DNA of 64,000 bases from Lama guanicoe (Eukaryota), in assembly GCA_013239625.1 (NCBI GenBank), contig MU053448.1, forward strand, positions 124,001-188,000, read 5' to 3'. The notes under the pieces were generated by a model. It was not told the origin of the DNA. It did no database searches and saw nothing but the letters and a program-made list of their open reading frames with translations. A program made the position numbers and the translations under genes. Shown one piece after another: positions 38,150-52,197 of this stretch. Every line of letters starts with the position of its first letter. The first letter of the stretch is position 1.

Positions 38150-39680
38150 CATCAAATTTATACCAAAATTCTCTAATGAAATCAAGTCCTTAAGCAAGTC
38201 ACATTAGCCACAGGGGGGTTATCCCTGGAATGCAGGGTTGGTTCAACATTTGGAATCAAGCAATGTAATTCATCATATTAACAACACAAAGGACGAAAAT
38301 TATCTAATCATCTCAATAGATACAGAAAATGCATTTGAAAAAAGCCAATGGCCATTCATGATAAAAGCTCTCAGAGAAAAGCACTTCCTCCACCTAATAA
38401 AGAGCATCTTTTTTAAAAAATCATATTTAATGGCGAAAAATTGGGTGCTTCACCCCTAAGGTCGGGAGCAAGGCAAATATGCCTGGTTTCAACACTTCTA
38501 TGCAATATTATACTGAAGGTTCTAGCCAGTGCAATAAACAGGAAAAAGAAATAAAAATCACAAAATTTGGAAAATAAGACACAAAAATTGCCTTTATTCA
38601 CAAATGACATGACTGTGTGTGTAGAAAGTGTAAAGGAATATCAAACTAGAACTAATAAGTGAATTTAATAAGTTCACGGGACTCAAGTTCAATATAAAAA
38701 TACCTCTATATAATACTAACAAACAATTGTAAATTGTTTTAATTATCCCCCCTTTTTTTTTTAAATGGAGGTCCTGGGAATTGAACTCAGGACCTCGTGC
38801 GTGCTAAGCATGAGCTCTACCACTGAGCTATTCCCACCCACTGTAAATTGTTTTGAAATTTTTCCTTTTTTAAATTATTTATTTATGTATTTATTTTTTG
38901 GTGGTGGAGGAGGTAATTAGTTTTTATTTATTTACTTTGATGGCAGCACTGGGGATTGAACCCAGGACCTTGTGCATGCTAGGCAAGCACTCTATCACTG
39001 AGCTATACCCTCCCCTTCCCACTGAAATTTTTTTAATATGAATAAGCAAATATAGTAAAGTGGCATTTACAGGATCTTGGTGTTGGGTATATAAGTGTTC
39101 ACCGTAAAATTCTTTCAACGTTCTTGTATGAAATTTTCATAATAAAATAAAGAAAATCATAAAATATAACATCAGAAATATAAACTTTTTAGGGACGTAT
39201 TTAACACAACATATACAAGACGTCTACATTGAAAACTATAAAATTGCTCAGGGAGATTAAAGACCAAAATGAAAAGATATACCATGTTTATTAATTAGAG
39301 GATTCAACATGATTAGGATGTCAGTTCTTCCTAACTGATCTATAGAATCAGTATAATCCAAATTAATTCCAGCAGGCATTTTGTAGATGACAGGCTGATT
39401 CTAAAATGTAGATGAATATGCAAACGACCCAGAATAACCAAATCTTTGAAGGACAGGAAGAGGGTTAGAGGACTTAAGGGACCTGATTTCAAGACCTTCT
39501 GTGAATCTGCAATAATCAAGATTAGTGTGGTCCATGCAAAAGCCTAGACAGATTAATGGAATAGAACAGAGTCCAGAAATAGCCTTGTATCTATATAGTC
39601 TATTGATTTTTTTTTACTAAGATGCCAAAAAGCTTAATGGAAAAGGAAAACTTTTAAACAAATATTGCTAGTACAACTGG
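38150..39680 (+). mobile_element. Old degraded L1 ORF2 (RT region) interrupted by two SINEs
   Basis: ttatccctggaatgcagggttggttcaacatt..; ORF 38238 contains IISIDTENAFEK (L1 RT IDAEKAFDK-like). Confidence 0.75.
38741..39022 (-). mobile_element. Two adjacent tRNA-derived SINEs (38741-38841 short form; 38864-39022 long form)
   Basis: Both carry gaac(t/c)caggacct..gtgc..tgcta..ctgagcta. Separate TSDs: tgtaaattgtttt (38728-38740 / 38842-38854) and tgaaattttt. Confidence 0.85.
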
Positions 39681-39694
39681 GTGGTTCCAACTAC

Positions 39695-39923
39695 CTTTGA
39701 TCATTGAACTAACATGGGGGTTAAGAGTGGCAGCCACCACCCACCCTGTCCCCAGAGCAGCTCAAAATCCAAGCTTAACTTCACAGCCAGCCTGCCCTCC
39801 ACATCCGCAGTCCGGCATCCGCAGATTCAACCAGCCACGGATCATGTGCTACCGTATTTATTGAAAAAACTGTGTATATGTGGACCCGGGCAGCTCAAAC
39901 TCATGTTGTTCAAGGGTCAACTG
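39695..39923. mobile_element. Tigger-family MITE (MER8/Tigger2-like)
   Basis: Ends gttgttcaagggtcaactg (terminal inverted repeat); internal tggacccgggcagctcaaactc. A partial copy of the opposite terminal repeat lies at about 43289-43370. Confidence 0.7.
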
Positions 39924-39929
39924 GATTTG

Positions 39930-40760
39930 ACATTCTGGAAAAGGCAACAATATGGAGACAGTAAAAAAAAGATGAGAGGTTGGGGGGTGAGGAAAATGAA
40001 TGGGCAGAGCACAGAGGATTTTAGAGTGGTGAAACTATTCTGTATGATACTGCAGTGATGAATGCACGTCATTATACATTTGTCCAAACCCACAGAATGT
40101 ACAGCACTAACAGTGAGCCATTTGCCCTGAACTTTCTGTGAACTCGAACAGCCTAACTTATGGCCTGTCAAACATGCGTTGCACGGCTGCTTTAACCATT
40201 CAAGAAAAGAAAGAATTATTACCCAGGTTATTTAGAACGTCCACTTTGAAGACAAGGAGAAGTGCCTCCCTTTCTAAGACACCCACGCTCGCACTCCTCT
40301 GAAGATGAGTTTCTCCTCCCAGGCACCCGGCTTGTGCTGACTCATGTATCCGCGCTCACCTGTGACTGCACATCTCTGCTGAACCCTTGAAGCAAGGTTC
40401 CCCATCGCAATTGAACGTTTTTTGTTCTGATGACGTATTTACTGTGCTGAAAGACATACTTCTCTAGACCGCTTTCCTCCTTGGTGGAGTCTGCACGCCC
40501 GAGCTAGTCCTCAGCTTGGCTTGAATAAAACTGTTCTTCATTACAGATTGTTTGTTGATTGTCTGCGTTGACATTAGATCCATCAGTTATAACTAATGTA
40601 CCGTTCTGGTTGGGGGTGTTGACATGGAAGAGGCTGTGCCTGCGGGCGGGGTGAGGGGAGGGGCAGGGAATATATGGGACATCTCTCTTTGTACCTTCTG
40701 TTCTATCTAGCTGTGAACTCAAAACTGCTCTGAGAAAGTCTTTCCTTAAAAAAAGAAAAA
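39930..40760 (+). mobile_element. L1MC-type 3' end interrupted by an LTR fragment (about 40120-40573)
   Basis: gcacagaggattttag..gtgaaactattctgtatgatac..cattatacatttgtccaaacccacagaatgtaca [LTR piece with aataaa, ending gttgaca] ..gctgtgaactcaaaactgctct. Confidence 0.65.
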
Positions 40761-41589
40761 AAAGTAGCACATGGCTGACACAAATAACAACATAGATGAA
40801 TTTCAAGAACCTCTTGCTGGTAAAAAAGAAGCCAGACTTGCAAGGTTTCATATTGTATGATTCTATTTATATAAAATTAACAAACAAACAAAACTAATCT
40901 ACAGTGACAGAAATCAGAACAGTGGTTGCCTCTCAGCAGGGCGTGGTGCCTGAAAAGGTGCAGAGGGAGAGCTTCTGGGATTTGGAAATGTTCTATAGCT
41001 TTACTGGTTAAACAGCGATCACATCTGCTAAAGCTCATTGAACTATAGATTGAAGATCTGTGCATTTTACAGTCTAGAATACCTCAATCCTAAAAAGTAA
41101 TTTTTAAAAACTTCGGCACAATTCTATACCGCTACAGACTTATTAGGATGGTAAAAACGAAACAAAAAACTGACAGTAGCAAGGTCTGGGGAGGAACCCG
41201 AGCCCCTGCGGTTCCTGGGGAAGGGGGATGTTTCTCCTGGTCCAGGTAGCCCTTCTCCTCAACCACTGTCCTAATGAGTAACATGTCAAGCGTTTGTAAA
41301 TGTTGGAGCAAGTGATCAAGACAGATGAGCTGATGAAACCATTTGGAGCTCAGCTGAGGACCGAGCTAGGCTCAGAAGGCCGGGTCATCTGCTTAGGGAA
41401 TACCTAGCACAAAAGTAAGTCATCGAAATGTGTGCTTCAGCACAGTTTGGGTCTTGTGGAGAGACCAAAGCTGGCGGGGAGGAAAGCTGCAAAGGCCAGC
41501 GGCACTGGAAACCGCACTGGAGTGCGGAGGGCTGCGTGTCCCTTCAGGTGTCTGTGACGAACCTTTACGCGGCAAGTAACAGAAGCAAA

Positions 41590-42110
41590 CTGTACTGTCT
41601 TTGGCTGCACAAAAAATAATCCCCGACTTTTTTGCGCCTTAAAACATTGATTATTTCACAGCTCCTGAGTCAGGGATTTGGGTCTGATTTAACTGGGTGC
41701 TGCCAGCTTAATCAAAGTGTCGGCCAGGGCTGCCGTGACTTCCTCACTTGACAGAGACAGTCGGCCTCCACGCTCACGCACAGGAGCCTCTGCAGCGGCA
41801 GGGCCTCACTGGCTGCTGGCCAGGACGTCCGTTCCTTGCCAGGCGGGCCTCTCTGCGGGGCTGCTCACCTCGCAGCAGCTGGCTTTCCCCAGAGCAAGAG
41901 ATGAGAGAGGGGACCCAAGGTGTAAGCCAGTCTACTTAAAACCTATTGGGAACGTCATCTGATCGCTTCTGCTGCCTTCTGTCCATTAGAACTGAATCTC
42001 TAAATGCAGCCCACGCTCAAGCAGAGGGGCCAGCGTAATGGAAGGCATACCAGGAGTCGGGGGTTCGGGGGACCACCTCAGAGGCCATTTACCCCCATCT
42101 GCCCTGCAGC
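41590..42110. mobile_element. MaLR (MLT1-like) LTR relic
   Basis: cttaaaacattgattatttcacagctcctgagtcagggatttgg...ctggctttccccagagcaagagatgagagag. Confidence 0.5.
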
Positions 42111-42431
42111 CTCCTGGTCATTCATGGCACTCAGAATACCAAAATACATGCACTGTCCTCCGAGGCCCCCACATCCTATCCGCGGCAGCATCAGTTCAGA
42201 GTTCAGAGTCTGATCAACTATATCAAGTTCACCTGCTTGGGGGCTGATGGGGCATCGCGGGGTCGTTCCTTAAGTGCGGCTCCTGGCTGCAGTTCCTTTA
42301 TTGGCACTTATGAACCTAAGACACAAGCGATCTCCCCACCACCCAGCCCGCCGTGGTGGGACAAGTGTAGGGCAATTGTTAGGCTCACACCCGTTCAGAC
42401 AGGGTAGGAGTGGGCAGATCCATAGCAACTC

Positions 42432-42981
42432 TGTAATCAGATGGACAGAACCCGGAAGCTCCTTGACTCGGTCTAAACGTAACAGGGAAGAACAAATCTG
42501 ACTCCACGTTGGATGTGTTTCTTTAACTTCAACCTCTGTGTTCTGTTGCTTTTGCTACGAGTTAAGAATATTGCCTGTACCCTGAAATGGACAGGACAGC
42601 CCACCCTCAAGGCCCTAACCTTTAAAGATATAACAGTTTTCCATTCACCTAGAGATAAAAAGTTTCAGAACAGAGAATAACATTTGTCTTGTTGGAGGTT
42701 TAGAGCGATGCTGTGACCGGACCTACAGGCCTGTGTGGACAGCTGCAAGAACAAGACTCCTGCACCAAGACGTCTGCAGCAACCAGCCACACCCGCTCCC
42801 CTTTTAGTACAAAAGAAGCCTGAATTCTGACTCGGGGAAGATGGTTCTTTGGGACACTAGTCCACCATCTTCTCAGTCTGCTGACTTTCCCAATAAAGTC
42901 CCTATTCCTTGCCCCCAAACCTCATCTCTGGATTTGTTGGTCTGCCATGCAATCAGCAGTACGAGCTCGGACTCAGTAACA
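42432..42981 (+). mobile_element. Solo LTR (ERV1-like)
   Basis: TGTAA...gtAACA termini; ttctttgggacactagtccaccatcttctcagtctgctgactttcccAATAAA; no clear TSD. Confidence 0.7.
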
Positions 42982-45032
42982 TGAAGACCTGAATTTTCCA
43001 AAGCTCTTTGCTTTACCCTCTGGTCTTTTGGTCCCACACTCAATAATCCATTCTTTTTCCTAAAAGATGTCACATTTGGAGCTGAGTCGTTTTTTTCAGC
43101 CTGGCTCCTGGCAATAAAATTCTGGGGGTCTAAAGGCCTTTCCTCATTCATAAAGTTGCTGTTCCCTTCAGTCCAAGTTGGCAGTTCTCCTGGTGACATA
43201 ATACTATTAAAAACTCTGTGAGTCTCCTGTGAATCTTTTCAAGTTCACTCTATTAGACAAGAGCCACATCCACAAATTTCTCTCAAATAGTTGACCCTTG
43301 AACAACATATTTAACCTGCACAGGTCCACTTACACTTGGATTTTTTTCCCCATAGTAAATACTGTAACTACAGAACCAGCTCAAATGTATCCTGTTTCTA
43401 ACAAGATTATCAAGTTGATTTTCAGAGACAACAGAACCAAACCGCCAGTCACATAAGTAAAGCATGCGCAGAGGAGAAAATTTTGATCTCAAATAACACC
43501 CAGAACCAAAGGTCCCCCCTCACTCCTGTGGAGCCCAAAGACAGAGACATGAGCAAACGGGAATGCCGGGGCCCTCGCGGAAGCGAAGGGTCCGTCACGC
43601 AGGGTGACCCAGGGCCGGAGCCCCTTTACCACACCTTGTGAACGTTCAAAGTCCCAAACCCTCCGATTGAAACTTGCCCCGCCAGCACTTCCACACACCC
43701 GCCCTCCTCCCCGAACTCACAAAGCTTTGACCAAATACCAGAGCAGAGGCGCGTACCTGAACTGTGTATCTGATCTTGGTACAACAGCCTTTTAAAAAAA
43801 TGTTAGCGTCATTTGCCACATAGAGAAACAGAACATTTTCCAAATCATTCATTCAGGCTCCTTTTTGTTTAAAAGTCCTCTCGAGTCACCGCTCTCCTTT
43901 CACATTTGACTATGACCGGCAAGAGGAAACCAGGCAGCATCTCCAATAGTCTGCGTGAAGACCTCACCAGCAAGACGGCTCAGTTCACTAGATACATTTT
44001 CTTCTTTCCATAAACCTGCAGGCAACAACATTGTTAAACTGTCTCCTCCAGTTTTCAGTGATATTTGCTCCCTTTTTTTTTGTGAGGTCTAGTCAGTTGA
44101 CAGTGTTGTGTCAATTTCTGGTGTGCAGCACAATCCTTCAGTCATACCTGAATATACATATATTCATTTTCATATTTTTTTCACTGTGAGCTACTACAAG
44201 ATTTTGAATATATTTCCCTGTTGCTTCCTTTTTATCTTATTTTTTTCTCATTTAATTTTATTATTTTCTGTTTTCAGTCAATGAAATTAACACTCATAGC
44301 ATAACCCAAGATCTAGAATATTACTAGTTACTTACATTTCATTATGTGTTACTTCTCTGTTTTTGTCACTCCTCCTGCCCAGAGATAAATGCGATTCTGA
44401 ATTTTATTTTATGTACAGACATTATTTAAAGAGGTACGCCTAAGTGCTGTTTAGTTTTGCTTGCCTTCTGGAATTTTGAAAAAGCGAAGCTTCTGCTATT
44501 TGCTTTTAGGACTTAACCTAACATTATTAAGATTGATACACAAAATTGCTGTGTGTTAACTGGTTTCCACTTTTATATAATAAAATGAACGTACCACTAT
44601 TTATTTGTTCATTCTCCTGCTACTGAGTACATGGGCTGTTCCCAGTCTTTACTATCACTGACAGTGCTGCTGGCAACAATGTCCCACGTCTCAAACCGAA
44701 CGTATGCGATGGTTCTTGTTTGGTATATGCCGCTTCCCCTTGGGAATTGATGAGTCCAATTCATAGACATATTCAACTTACAAAATAATGCCAAAGTGTC
44801 CCAATGAGGAAGATATCTCAAATGATTCCAAATTTGTTTTCTCCCTTTGTTTTAAACTCTCTCCAGCAACTTCCTCAAAGCCCTAAGTTCCAAGAACATT
44901 GTGTTCTAGGCACTTTACGTTATCACTAACCCTCATCTCAGACCCTGGTTTTAAAGCCACATTGTAAGGTTTTGTTTCAGCAGCATCCCTCCCTCAGTAA
45001 CAAATTCGGTATCAATCAGGACTCAATGTTGA

Positions 45033-45300
45033 GGGGAGGGTATAGCTCAGCGGTAGAGCGCCTGCTTAGCATGCATGAGGTGCTGGGTTCAACCCCCAGC
45101 TCCTCCGTTAAAACAAACAGGTAAATAAATAAACCCAATTACCTTCCCCTCAAAAAAAATTAAACAAAAAATTCACTGGGGAGAGGGTACAGCTCAAGTG
45201 GTAGAGCACATGCTTAGCATGCAGAGGTCTTGGATTCAATCTCAAACACCTCCTCTAAAAATAAATAAATAAACCTAGTTACCTCCCTCCCCCAAAGAAA
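45033..45300 (+). mobile_element. Two tandem tRNA-derived SINEs (second starts at about 45178, in the tail of the first)
   Basis: ggggagggtatagctcagcggtagagcgcctgcttagcatgc.. and ggggagagggtacagctcaagtggtagagcacatgcttagcatgc.. Confidence 0.85.
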
Positions 45301-45807
45301 AACACACTAGTATATATGAGATTTGTGTGTATAAGGATAATTACGTATGGATTTGTCACAGTGACCTTGCTATAAGGATGTGATCTTGCACAGTTGTGGG
45401 AGCTGGCTTATGGGTCCCCACGGGCTGCATCTGCACCAGATGCTGGAGTATGCTGCCCGCTGCTGCGGGTCAGGAGGAGAAGCCGGATGTGAATTGAGAG
45501 GAAAAACAAGCTGGAGCTTTATGTTAAGCCCTTATGTTTCCACAAGCATGTGCCAGAAACCCCTTTGGAGAGACTGAAACCCACATCTGTTCCTGCTGCC
45601 TCTGACTTGGTGGTTGTGGGTGTCCTACAAAACTGGGGTCCTTCATCAGCTACACACATGACCAAGTGTGCAAGTCAAAGGATGGAAGAGAAGGCAGTGG
45701 TTGCAGGTCTCGCCACTGCTTCGGGTTAACTGTCAGACATACAACACATGTGGGGGCTTCAAATAACTGCTGCTTCACCCTCAAGTCTTGTGTCAAAACC
45801 TCTGTTG

Positions 45808-45955
45808 TTCAGCGGTAAAGTGTGCACTTAGCGTGCATGAGGTCCTGGGTTCAATCCCCAGTACCTCCACTAAAAATAACAAATAAATAAATAAACCTAA
45901 TTGCCCCCGCCAAGAAATTTTTAAAAATAAATTTTAAAAAAGGTTTTTAAAAAAA
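45808..45955 (+). mobile_element. tRNA-derived SINE, 5'-clipped
   Basis: ttcagcggtaaagtgtgcacttagcgtgcatgaggtcctgggttcaatccccagtacctcc plus tail. Confidence 0.8.
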
Positions 45956-46574
45956 GGACTTTTGTTATCATCCCTCAAGAACATATAGGAAAGAGAACAC
46001 AAGTTAGGTCAGGCGTCCATCCCGGGTTCAAGGAATAGGAGACCAGGTTGTCCAAATACAGTTACCAAGATCCTGGCACTGTGAAATGGTGGACTCAGCT
46101 AAGAAAGAATTAAGTTTCTGCTTAATAGAATAAGAAAGAAAAAGCATTAATTTAGGGAAAGAAATGAAATTACCATCATTTGAAGATAACATGTCTTCCT
46201 GGAACTCCTTCCTCTCAAAAACCAGAGAACGATGCTCAGCAACCAGCAAGAATGCTTTCCTAGACACCAATAGTAAGTCATAAAACATCCTGGAGAACAA
46301 TAACCCATATCCCGAAAGAGCCTTGCTACATTCGGGCTAAGCTGTGTGGACTTCCTCCTGTGTAGAATGAGTAATATATCAGGATTCGACTGAACAGAAA
46401 CGACAGAAACCCCAAAATAGCAAGGACATAAAGAAGTTAGAAGTTTGTTTCTCATGTTAAAAAAAAAAAGCACAAAACAAAAACCTCTGGAATGAGTGCA
46501 GCTCAGGTGTGGCAATTCTTGGTGATGAGGTTGTGGAGAGGGAACGCCCCTTGTCATTTCACTAAATAAAAGTA

Positions 46575-46991
46575 TGTTGTGGCCCTTAAGCCATCGGCCA
46601 CTGCAGCCGCCCCCAGCTGTGCCCCTCAGGGAACTCAGGACGGGGGGTGGGGGTAGAGACAGGACCCTGGCCCGAGCTAGCTAGGTGCACATCAAAGGAG
46701 GGATTTCAGTGCTCCCAGACTCTTGTGTTCACCCATACACAGAAAAACACTAAATTCACTAACTTGAAATGTCTGGTTTTCTTTAATAATTAGCAGCAAT
46801 CTTTCGATGTTCGACTACTTGTTTTTGTTTTTGCAAAAACTCCTATATATCCTGGCTCCTCCCTTACCTCTTTGGAGCAGTCCCTCAGAGCCATCTGAGG
46901 GACTGTGTCGGAGCTTAAGTCCTCAGTAACAACCCCCCAAAACATAATTCTCAACTTTCAGATTGTGCTTTTATTTTTTTCCCAGTCAACA
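46575..46991 (+). mobile_element. Solo LTR (ERV1-like)
   Basis: TGTTG...gtCAACA termini; cctatatatcc TATA-like box; ctttggagcagtccctcagagc.. Confidence 0.6.
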
Positions 46992-47180
46992 GGGTCATAG
47001 AATTATTTCTTTTTGGCGCGCCATCCTCAGCTTTCATCTCATATTTCACGAGGGTTATTTTATCAGCCAGCAGGAAAAAGGAAGTGCTGGAGAGTGACAT
47101 ATCCTCCCTTTAAAAACACCTTCCAGAAGCTGCGCACCTACTTCAGCTTAAGTCACATTGGCCAGAACTTTGTATCTAAC

Positions 47181-47812
47181 TGCTGCTGGTGATTAGGTTC
47201 TCATCCCACTGCAGGAAGAATTCAGAGATTCACAGAGGTTAAGACAGTAAAGTGGGGATTTATTAAAGGATGGACAGTACACTCTCAAGGGGAGAGCGGG
47301 CAGGCTCAGGTGAGCAGCTGCCCTGTGTTTCTCTGGCAAGTTGGTTACATAGGGTGTAAAAATGAATGGGCAGAATATTCACTGGGGAGGGAAGGGTTTG
47401 GGGACATATTCCTTGATTTTCATCCCAGCTCCATCTTCCTGAAGGGAGGAGGGATTTTTGTCCTTATTTAGTTTGGATCGGAAGTGTCATGGCATCGGTG
47501 CATGATGGGTACTTCTAATCTGCAAGGCTAATTTTATTGAAATGAGGGCACAATGAGCAAAATTCTGACACTAGAAATTCCTGCCTTTTCCCACCCTTCT
47601 TTGTCATCCTGTAGGCCGCTTGTCACCCCAAAATGTGTGATGGCTTATCAGCCCACAGTACCTGCTTTTCTTTGTCTGCCCAGGGACCCCTGTTGTTTAC
47701 ATGATGTAGGGTTTCCTGCATTTGCCCCGTGCCCCTCCTTTCTGTCCAATTCTTGCCATTTGGTCTGTGCCCCCTTCCTCTGCTCATACCTAGCTCTCTG
47801 CCTGCTCTAACA
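47181..47812 (-). mobile_element. Complete solo LTR, 632 bp, 4-bp TSD TAAC
   Basis: Minus strand TGTTAGAGCAGGCAG...CACCAGCAGCA; TAAC at 47177-47180 and 47813-47816; same family as 56845-57481. Confidence 0.85.
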
Positions 47813-49616
47813 TAACTACACCTAACTGTAAGCAGGGCAGGGACGTGCGCACCTGGATGATTAGGCAAAGGTGGTCCTGGAGGTGATCCAACCATTAACC
47901 AGGAAGCAGGGAAGCAGGTATTGTGGGCCACCAGCAGCGTCTACCACAATAAAAGCCAGAGAGAGAAGTGAGTACCACCACACTTCACTTTCTGTTTTGT
48001 TTTGATTTTGGTTCTTATTGTTTTAAAAACTGATTCTGGGAGCAAAAGTGCAGTAGATACAACATAGGGCCCTATCCCAACAAAAACATGAAGAAAAATC
48101 GTCAGAATCAACTTTGCCAGAACTCTGGAATAGTCAAAGGTTAACAGCAACCAAGCAAGCACTGAATCAAGAAAAAACCAACTTAAAAACAATAGAAAAG
48201 CTTTGCCCATTTTTATTTGTCTTTGTCCCATCCCCTCCTCAACTTACTGGTGACCCTGGAGACAGAAGTTCACGTTCCCAGTTCAGGATCCTGGTCCCTG
48301 GTTTCAGAAGGAACAAACCACGTCTTATTTGTAACGAAATATGTTTGTCTGTTCCAGACTACCTGCAGCTACCTGACATAAGGTACTTGCCTTTGTTTTG
48401 CCTAATTTAAAACTGAGTTACTCAGGGAAGAAATTCCTCAAAAACATTGTGAGGCAAAAGCCATTCAAAGCTGAATGGGGCTAAAGATTACAGTTGAGGC
48501 ACCTAAATTCTGGGAAAAAAAGCCAAGGAGAGCATTTCTTGACGAAATTAAGGCATTCAAAATAGCATCAAAATGTATAGCATCAAATGTGCCTATTGTA
48601 ATGAAGCCACCCCAAAGGCCCAAAAGGAGAGGGTTGGAATTGGTGACTGGGATTCATGGAGATTCGGGAGAGGAGTGTGTTTGCAGAGGGCACGGGAGCT
48701 CTGTGACCTCTCCCCATGCCTTGTCATATGCATCTCTTTCAACTGGATTTCCTGAGTCATATCCTTTTGTAATCAACCATTATCTAGTGGCTCTTCTGAA
48801 TTTCTTCTTCCCTGAAGAAAAGTCATATTCTGAAAAGGCATGTTTGCTGCAATAAAAGAAGCCAAAGCAGTGGAGGAGCAGATGGTATACATCTGAAGGA
48901 AATGAAATCACTGTCTTGAAGAGAGAGCTACATCCCCGTATTTACTGCAGCATTATTCACAATAGCCAAGAGATGCAAACAACTTGTGTCCATCAACAGA
49001 TGAATGGGTAAAGAAAATGTAGCATATATATGTAGTATATATTATACAATATATACTAATACATTTATAATACATATGTTATATATAATATATAATAATA
49101 TATCTATATTATCCAACCATAAAATAGAAGGATATTCTGCCACTTATAACAACATACATGGACCTTGAACTTAATGACTATCAGTTTAATCAAGCAGATA
49201 TAATTATGGGTCAACATACATGAACCCCATTGTAACCACATATCAAAAACCTACAGTAGATACACAAAAGCCAAAAAGAATGAAACCCAAGGATACTACA
49301 AAAGAAAACCACCAAACCACAAAGGGAGAAAAAAAAAAAGAAAAGAAATGAACTGAGAAGAACTACAAAAACAACTGGAAAACAAGTAATAAAATGGCAA
49401 TAAGTATGTAACAATCAATAATTACTTCAAATGTCAGTGGACTACTAAATGCTCCAATCAGAAGACATAGGGTGGTTGATTGGATTTGGAAAAAAGACCT
49501 TTCAATATGCAGCCTACAAGAGACTTGCTTCAGGGCGAAAGACACACACAGACTGAAAGTGAAAGGATGGGAGAAGATATTTCATGCAAATGGAAATGAC
49601 AAGAAAGTTGGGGTGG

Positions 49617-50411
49617 AGTCAGAATGGCCATCATTCAAAAGTCCACAAATGACAAATGCTGGAGAGGCTGTGGAAACAAGGGAACCTTTCTACACTGCTG
49701 GTGGGAATGCAGTTTGGTGCAGCCACTGTGGAAAACAGTATGGAGATTCCTCAAAAGACTAGTAACAGACTTACCATATGACCCAGTAATCCCACTCCTG
49801 GGCATATATCCAGAAGGAACGCTAATTCAAAGAGACACTTGCACCCCAATGCTCATAGCAGCACTATGTACAACAGCCAAGACATAGAAACAGCCTAAAT
49901 GTCCATCAACAGATGACTGGATAAAGATGTTGTGGTATATTTATATAATGGAATACTACTCAGCCATAAAAATGACAACATAATGCCATTTGCAGCAACA
50001 TGGATGTCCCTGGAGAATGTCATTCTAAGTGAAGTAAGCCAGAAAGAGGAAGAAAAATACCATATGAGATCACTCACATGTGGAATCTAAAAAAAAAAAC
50101 AAAACAAAGCATAAGTACAAAACAGATATAGACTCATAGACATAGAATACAAACTTGTGGTTGCCAAGGGGGAGGAGGGTAAAAGGACAGAAGTTCAAAA
50201 TTTGTAGATACTGATAGGTATATATAGAATAGATAAACAAGATTATACTGTATAGCACAGAGAAATATATACAAGATCTTGTGGTAGCTCATGGTGAAAA
50301 AGAATGTGAAAATGAATATATGTATACTCATATATGACTGAAAAATTGTTCTGTACACTGGAAATTGACACAACATTGTACACTGAATATAACCCAATAA
50401 AATAATAAAAA
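49617..50411 (+). mobile_element. Nested 5'-truncated L1 3' fragment
   Basis: TSD AAGAAAGTTGGGGTGG (49601-49616) / AAGAAAGCTGGAGTGG (50412-50427); host ORF2 resumes afterwards. Confidence 0.88.
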
Positions 50412-51270
50412 AAGAAAGCTGGAGTGGGAATACTCATAACAGACAAAATGGATTTTAAAACAAAGGCTATAACAAAAGACAACAAAGGATATATTATAAT
50501 GATAAAGAGATCAATACAAGAAGAAGATACTATACTCATTAACATATACACACCCTACAGGAGCACCTAAACATATAAAGCAAATACTAACAGATATAAA
50601 GAGAGAAATTGACAGTAACACAATAATAGTTTAACACCCCACTGAATCAATGGACAGGTCATCCAGGCAAAATCAATAAGGCAACAATGATCTTAAATGA
50701 CACAGTAGAACACTTGGACTTAATTGATTATCTATAGGACATTACATCCAAAACCAGCGGAACATACGTGCTTTTCAAGCACATATGGAATGTTCTCCAA
50801 CATAGATCACATTCTAGGTCACAAATCAAGCCTCAACAAATTTAAGAGAATAGAAATTATGTTAAGAATTTCTTCCTACCACAATGATATGAAACTAGAA
50901 ATCAACTACTAAAAGAAAAATAAGAGAAGAACAAACACATGGAGACTAAATAACATGCCACTAAAAAAAATCAAAGGGTCAACATTGAAATCAAAGAGGA
51001 AATCAGAAAATACTTCAATACAAATGAAAATGGAAACATAACTTTCCAAAATCTATGGAATGCAGCAAAAGCAGTTCTAAGAGGGAAGTTCATAGTGATA
51101 AAGGCCTTCCTTAAGAACCGATCAAACAAAAAACTCAAATAAACAACCTAACCTACCACCTAATTCTAAAAGAATTAGAAAAAGAACAAACAAAACCCAA
51201 AGTTAGCAGAAGGGAGGAAATAATAAAGATCAGAGAAGAAATAAATCAAACAGAGATTTAAAAAAATAGA

Positions 51271-52197
51271 CCACAAATGATAAATGCTGGAGAGGGTGTG
51301 GAGAAAAGAAAACCCTCCTACACTGTTGGTAAGAATGTAGTTTGGTGCAGCCACTGTGGAAAACAGTATGGAGATTCCTTAAAAAACTAAAAATAGACTT
51401 ACCATATGATCCAGCAATCCCACTCCTGGGCATATATCCAAAGGGAATTCTAATTTGAAAAGACATCTGCACCCCAATGTTCATAGCAGCACTATTTACA
51501 ATAGCCAAGAGAAGGAAACAATCTAAGTGTCCACTGATAGACGACTGGATAAAGATGTTGTGGTATATTTATACAATGAAATACTACTCAGCCACAAAAA
51601 AGAATAAAGTAATGCCATTTGCAGCAACATGGATGTACCTGGAGATAATCATTGTAAGTGAAGTAAGCCAGAAAGAGAAAGAAAAATATCATTTGATATC
51701 ACTCATATGTAGAAACCAAATTTAAAAAAAAACCAATGAACTTATTTAAAAAAACAGAAAAAGAAACAAACAGAAAACACATTCATAAACATATAAGACA
51801 AACTTACGGTTACCAGAGGGTAAAGGTGTTAGGAAGGGATAAATTGGGAGTTTGAGATTTGCAGATACTATTATATATAAACTAGATAAACAACACATTT
51901 CTTCTGTACAGCATGGGGAACTATATTCAATATTGTGTAGTAATCTATAATGAAAAAGAGCATGAAAAGGAATGTATGTATGTATATGGATGACTTATGT
52001 ATGTATATGGATGACTTAAACATTATGCTGTACACCAGAAATTGACACAACATTGTAAACTGACTATATTTCAATTAAAAAAAATTTTTAAAAGCCACAT
52101 ACAAAAAAAAAAAAGAGTTATTGGAATTCAGTAAAGCATCCCCCATAATGAATGGTGAATAGCAGCTGCTTAATATATGCACATATTAATTTTCTGG
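51271..52197 (+). mobile_element. Second nested L1 3' fragment plus about 110 bp of extra 3' sequence
   Basis: Starts ccacaaatgataaatgctggagaggg; L1 tail at about 52075-52084. Host resumes at aatagaaaagatcattgaaacc with A-rich TSD-like ..aataga. Confidence 0.8.

Noticed and set aside
7920..45955. tRNA-like sequences with A and B boxes as tRNA genes
   Set aside because: They are diverged from each other and carry A-rich tails and TSDs, so they are SINEs.
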